A stretch of 64,000 nucleotides of DNA from Candidatus Cloacimonadales bacterium (GTDB lineage: Bacteria; Cloacimonadota; Cloacimonadia; Cloacimonadales; JAFGVF01). A program made the position numbers and the translations under genes. The DNA lies in assembly GCA_963677495.2 (NCBI GenBank), contig CAXXOU010000001.1:192001-256000 (forward strand), given 5' to 3'. Below, piece by piece: positions 60,265 to 64,000 of this stretch; positions within the stretch are counted from its first letter, which is position 1; every line of letters starts with the position of its first letter. A model generated the notes under the pieces. The model saw only the letters and a list, made by a program, of their open reading frames with translations. It made no database searches and was not told the origin of the DNA.

Positions 60265-60891
60265 CTATTCGTTTGTGTCTTCCTGTACTTCGTGATTGTC
60301 AATCTCTACATCCAAATTCTTCTGGGCGAGGATCTTATCAATCTCTTTTTTAGGACTAACTACCATTGACAACAAGTTTCTGTCGCTTCTTGGTTTTGAA
60401 TCAACATCTATGATATCTTTCAAATCTTCTGTAATACGCTCTAACAGCTCGAAACCTCTGTCTCTATGAGCCATCTGGCGTCCACGGAACCTTACTGTAA
60501 ACTTCACTTTATTGTGCTGTTTAAGGAACTTCATGGCATTTTTCTTTTTGAAGTTATAGTCATGCTCTTCAGTGTTAGGTCCGAATTTAACCTCTTTAAC
60601 CTGAACTACATGCTGTTTTTTCCTGGCTTCACGAGCCCTGCGCTCTTTCTCATAATAATACTTACTAAAATCAAGTATTCTACATACAGGTGGTTTTGCC
60701 TTAGGAGAGATCTCAACTAAGTCAAGCCCGGTTTCTTCAGCTTTCTTCAAAGCCATTTTAATGCTTACAACACCAACCTGGTTTCCATCTGCGCCAATCA
60801 GTCTTACTTCTCTTGCAGTAATCTGACCATTAATGTTCTCTTTAGGGACGACTTCTTTAGTCTTTGCCTTCCCTCTGCGTATCCGAATTAT
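60265..60891 (-). CDS. infC: Translation initiation factor IF-3 with non-canonical ATA/ATT start
   Basis: Frame stays open 45 codons above the track's ATG (INGQITAREVRLIGADG...VGVV); AGGAGG precedes ATT-ATA-ATT at 60894-60886. Confidence 0.93.
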   Translation of the reverse strand: MIRIRRGKAKTKEVVPKENINGQITAREVRLIGADGNQVGVVSIKMALKKAEETGLDLVEISPKAKPPVCRILDFSKYYYEKERRAREARKKQHVVQVKEVKFGPNTEEHDYNFKKKNAMKFLKQHNKVKFTVRFRGRQMAHRDRGFELLERITEDLKDIIDVDSKPRSDRNLLSMVVSPKKEIDKILAQKNLDVEIDNHEVQEDTNE

Positions 60892-60933
60892 AATAAACCT
60901 CCTGTGTTTATCCCGGTTAATTCTTTCGCCAAT

Positions 60934-61045
60934 AAAAAAAGGCGGTTAATACCGCCTGCTTAGAATAGTGCTCTCGCCCTATTCATCACTAACCTTACTC
61001 ATAATCTTGCAATGGTAAGGTAGAAGCAGACAGCTTCATTTCCTT
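60934..61045 (-). promoter_or_regulatory. L20-leader-like attenuator upstream of infC-rpmI-rplT
   Basis: Minus strand: gaagc-tgtct-gcttc hairpin, accttac/gtaaggt stem, terminator aggcggt-atta-accgcct followed by T run. Confidence 0.65.
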
Positions 61046-61148
61046 AATGACATGTACAAGATTTATGATTGCCTAACTACGTCAAGAAAAAAGAATTAAT
61101 TGACGTTGTGGACATTAAGTGGACATAGTTGACTTAGTAGGAGGAGCG

Positions 61149-61754
61149 ATGAAAGACTCTGAGCCACTTATAGAAAAACATGGAGGATATAGAAAGTTAA
61201 AAAGCTTCCAAATCTCTCAATTAGTATATGATATCACCGTAAGGTTTTGCGAAAGATACATTAACTATAAAAGTAGAACACGTGACCAAATGGTTCAAGC
61301 TGCACGATCAGGAGTTCAGAATATCGCTGAAGGCTCCCAAGCATCTGCAACTTCAAAGAAAACCGAGTTAAGACTAACTAATGTTGCACGGGCAAGCTTA
61401 GAAGAGCTAAAACTTGATTATGAAGATTTCTTAAGACAGAATAATCTTCAGTTCTGGAAACGAGATAGCGCACTAAGACAAAGTTTAGTCGATGCTAGAT
61501 GTCAAAGAGCAGATGAAGTAGCACGATGGATTGTACAGCAAAAAACTTCGTCCACTATGACCAAATCTAAGCCCACTAAACCTACTTTCAATCCAGTATA
61601 CGCAGAGCTTTCAGCCAATGCTGTTTTAACTCTTATCAACGTAGCATGTTCACTCTTAGATAAACAGATAATTCGACTTGCAAATGACTTCAAACAAGAT
61701 GGAGGTTTTACTGAAAAATTGTATAGAGTGAGAACAAACTGTAGAAAAAAGTAG
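61149..61754 (+). CDS. Four-helix-bundle protein (23S rRNA IVS protein-like) with four-helix-bundle suffix domain; start revised to ATG 61149
   Basis: HGGYRKLKSFQ...RTRDQMVQAARSGVQNIAEGS...VARASLEEL.LDYEDFLRQ...LLDKQI...GGFTEKLYRVR. Confidence 0.88.
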   Translation: MKDSEPLIEKHGGYRKLKSFQISQLVYDITVRFCERYINYKSRTRDQMVQAARSGVQNIAEGSQASATSKKTELRLTNVARASLEELKLDYEDFLRQNNLQFWKRDSALRQSLVDARCQRADEVARWIVQQKTSSTMTKSKPTKPTFNPVYAELSANAVLTLINVACSLLDKQIIRLANDFKQDGGFTEKLYRVRTNCRKK

Positions 61755-61833
61755 TAAGGTTTGCATCATAACACATTTTGTCCACTTCTGTCCACTCCCG
61801 TCCATACTGTCCACTTAGATTGTTATATATCAT

Positions 61834-62097
61834 CTATTTCATCAACACCATTTTCTTGAAATCAATCTCATTCTCATAACTCAATCTACTGAAATAGATA
61901 CCGGAAGCTACTGATTTACCGTTATCATTAGTTCCATCCCAAACAACCTTATGCTGTCCTTTTTTCATTTGATTATTAATCAGAGCTTTAACCCTTTGAC
62001 CCTTTACATTGTGGATAGTAAGCTCAACAATAGATGTTGAGGATATTGTAAATGAAATGTTTGTTGTAGGATTAAATGGATTGGGGGAGATTAGATG
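61834..62097 (-). pseudogene. Orphan CTD fragment (3' end of a lost secreted-protein gene)
   Basis: [16 protein letters not shown]...HNVKGQRVK...WDGTNDNGKSVASGIYFSRL...KKMVLMK*; in-frame stop at 62101-62103 just upstream and no start codon. Confidence 0.85.
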
Positions 62098-62207
62098 ACA
62101 CTACACTACCACCTATAAAAGAAAATAAAGTCAAGATTGGAAGGAACGAGCTATGCCCCTGCAACAGTGGTTTGAAATATAAGAAGTGTTGTGGTAAAAG
62201 ACATTAA
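62076..62207 (+). pseudogene. SEC-C metal-binding motif fragment or 43-aa micro-ORF
   Basis: ...[24 protein letters not shown]; in-frame ATG at 62076 lies inside the opposite-strand CTD remnant. Confidence 0.75.
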
Positions 62208-62415
62208 CATAATTGATACAAAGGAACTTTAAGCATAGTAGCTGGATTTATGTAAGATCTGAACCAATTGTATAAAAGTTATAGAAGGTTTTACTGATAA
62301 ATTGTATAGATTCAGAAATCATAACAGTAGCAAATTGAAGAATTATATTATGATAAATGATAAGTTTGTCCACAGCCCAGTCCTACATATCCACTTCTAT
62401 CCACCATCACAACCA

Positions 62416-62524
62416 ACGGGAACCGGTCGGGAATTTTTTGAGAATAACATAGGAATTTCTCGGGTAAAGCCCCGAGAGATTCCCGAGAGAGTCCCGGGAG
62501 ATTCCCGTGTGTATCCCGAGAATT
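62416..62524. repeat. Opposed 11-bp-period array (CGGGA-like x5, then CCCG x5)
   Basis: CGGGA-like at 62417, 62428, 62439, 62450, 62461; CCCG at 62471, 62482, 62493, 62504, 62515. Confidence 0.85.
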
Positions 62525-62597
62525 AAGATGCAGAGATTAAAGGTTGAGGAAATGGAACTGAAATCAACTTTTGCATTGGCAGAGTCTGTATAATAAA

Positions 62598-62626
62598 TTG
62601 ACAATTCAATCCCGGAGTGGTATAAG
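62598..62626 (+). promoter_or_regulatory. Sigma70-type promoter of the AraC gene
   Basis: TTGACA-17 nt-TATAAG with extended TG. Confidence 0.65.
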
Positions 62627-62650
62627 CAAAAAAAATCAATGAGGTGAGAA

Positions 62651-63517
62651 ATGCCGGATTATAAAAGAATCATTCAATCGTCAGTTAATTACATCGAGAA
62701 TAATCTTGAGAAAAGGTTTTCAACGGAAGATGTTTCAGAGCATGCCGGTTTTTCACTATATCATTTTATGAGAGTATTTGATATGCTTACGGGCTATCAT
62801 TTAAAAGAGTATATTAGAGTAAGGAGGTTATCCGAAGCTGCAGCAAAACTTGTGGATACGGATGTTTTAGTGAAAGAGCTTGCCGGCAAAATGGGGTTTG
62901 ATTCCTCAGAAGCTTTCATTAGGGCTTTCAAACGCGAGTTTGGAATAACACCTACTCAATATAGAAAAAACAATCAGCTGATTCACTACACACCAAAACT
63001 AAAAGTACAGATCTGTCCTAGAACCAACGGAGGAATCAAGATGGATTACAAAGTAAAAGAGATGCCTGAATTAACAGTTCTTGGATTGAAGAAAAGAGTT
63101 AAACATGATTCTTCGATCCCAAAAGTATGGGAAGAGTTCCAAAGTAGATACATTGAATTGGAGGAGTACAAAGATGCTCCTGTAGTGGGCGTAATCTTCC
63201 ATGATCCAAGATTTACTGAAAGAGCTCCTACCCCAGATGAATCATTCTCATATATGCCGGGAATCGTTGTTAATGAGATCGGTTCAATTCCAAAAGGAAT
63301 GGAGATTTACAAGATTAAACCGGCCAAATATGCAATCTTCTCAAACAAAGGTGAGAAAAGTAATTTATGCAATCTCTACGAATACATGTGTGGAGAATGG
63401 ATAAACAGTGTCGATTACGAGTTTTCTCCTACAGACGAGCTGGAATGGTATGGAGACATAAATACTCCATTAAATCTAACAATACATGAAATGGATTTAT
63501 ACGTACCAATCAAATAG
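62651..63517 (+). CDS. AraC family regulator with C-terminal GyrI-like effector domain
   Basis: YIENNL...FSLYHFMRVF...EYIRVRRLSEAA...GFDSSEAFIRAFKREFGITP; IPKGME...KYAIF...DLYVPIK. Confidence 0.93.
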   Translation: MPDYKRIIQSSVNYIENNLEKRFSTEDVSEHAGFSLYHFMRVFDMLTGYHLKEYIRVRRLSEAAAKLVDTDVLVKELAGKMGFDSSEAFIRAFKREFGITPTQYRKNNQLIHYTPKLKVQICPRTNGGIKMDYKVKEMPELTVLGLKKRVKHDSSIPKVWEEFQSRYIELEEYKDAPVVGVIFHDPRFTERAPTPDESFSYMPGIVVNEIGSIPKGMEIYKIKPAKYAIFSNKGEKSNLCNLYEYMCGEWINSVDYEFSPTDELEWYGDINTPLNLTIHEMDLYVPIK

Positions 63518-63527
63518 TATTAACCAT

Positions 63528-63557
63528 GAGGATGGGAAGTAATTCCTATCCTCTTTT
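63528..63557 (+). terminator. Intrinsic terminator
   Basis: gaggatgggaa-gtaa-ttcctatcctc followed by tttt. Confidence 0.75.
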
Positions 63558-63639
63558 ACACTAACTCATATAATTTCGATTGACATAACAAAAAGCTGTG
63601 AACTTTTGTTCAGCAATTAATGATTAATTGGAGGCCGAA

Positions 63640-64000
63640 ATGGCAGAAGAACAAAAAGTTCCTACAGCTGAAGAGCGTGAACAGCTCCTCAATGACAACC
63701 TTGCCAGAATCAAAAACAGCATCGTTGTAATCAGTGGTAAAGGTGGTGTTGGTAAATCAACAGTATCAGTTAATCTTGCTTACGGATTAGCATTATCAGG
63801 TAAGAGTGTTGGTATTCTTGATGTGGATATTCATGGTCCATCAATTGCCAAGATGGTTGGTGTTGAAGGAAACCCTATCTTAGCACATCCTGAGACTAAG
63901 AAACCAATGCCTGTTAGAGTTCATGACAACCTGCACGTTATGTCAATTGCATCTTTGATTGAAGACCAAGATGCACCTCTCATTTGGCGTGGTCCAATGA
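63640..64000 (+). CDS. Mrp/NBP35 (ApbC) Fe-S cluster carrier ATPase, partial; missing from the ORF track
   Basis: GGAGG + ATG 63640; SGKGGVGKSTVSVNLA...LDVDIHGPS...LIWRGPM. Confidence 0.93.
   Translation, partial: MAEEQKVPTAEEREQLLNDNLARIKNSIVVISGKGGVGKSTVSVNLAYGLALSGKSVGILDVDIHGPSIAKMVGVEGNPILAHPETKKPMPVRVHDNLHVMSIASLIEDQDAPLIWRGPM

Noticed and set aside
61149..62330. Diversity-generating retroelement (Avd-like four-helix bundle plus a repeated segment)
   Set aside because: No reverse transcriptase nearby; the repeated segment is short and its differences are not confined to adenines.
62302..62604. ORFs 62302..62526 and 62407..62604
   Set aside because: Translations of the 11-bp array and remnant DNA.

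Overview
Low-GC bacterial chromosome segment. Strong GGAGG Shine-Dalgarno sites, TTGACA-type promoters, lipid A kinase, and many acidic secreted proteins ending in a FlgD-Ig/T9SS type A-like C-terminal domain (CTD) point to a non-Bacteroidota FCB-group diderm, most likely Cloacimonadota (inference). Housekeeping blocks: lpxK-lemA; lspA, dksA-like, PNP, divIVA, yggT, tdk; pta-aspC-pfkB-purM-lipoate ligase; rplM-rpsI-rpsB-tsf-pyrH-frr; infC-rpmI-rplT-pheS-pheT-zapB-like-zapA-6S RNA-rny-folD. Accessory content: (i) a three-gene cluster of very large cohesin/dockerin surface proteins; (ii) an operon joining a TonB-dependent receptor-like barrel, ExbB, two ExbD, TonB, two CTD proteins and a PorV-like barrel; (iii) a frameshifted REP-associated tyrosine transposase with its hairpin repeats, two of which bracket an FG-GAP/CTD gene; (iv) a second FG-GAP/CTD gene flanked by a 59-bp duplication of the frr 3' end and terminator; (v) a 6 x 123-bp structured non-coding tandem array; (vi) several intergenic arrays with exact 11-bp periodicity; (vii) a decayed patch of gene fragments around a four-helix-bundle gene. 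No rRNA, tRNA or CRISPR array was seen. Product calls come from motif recognition, not database searches.
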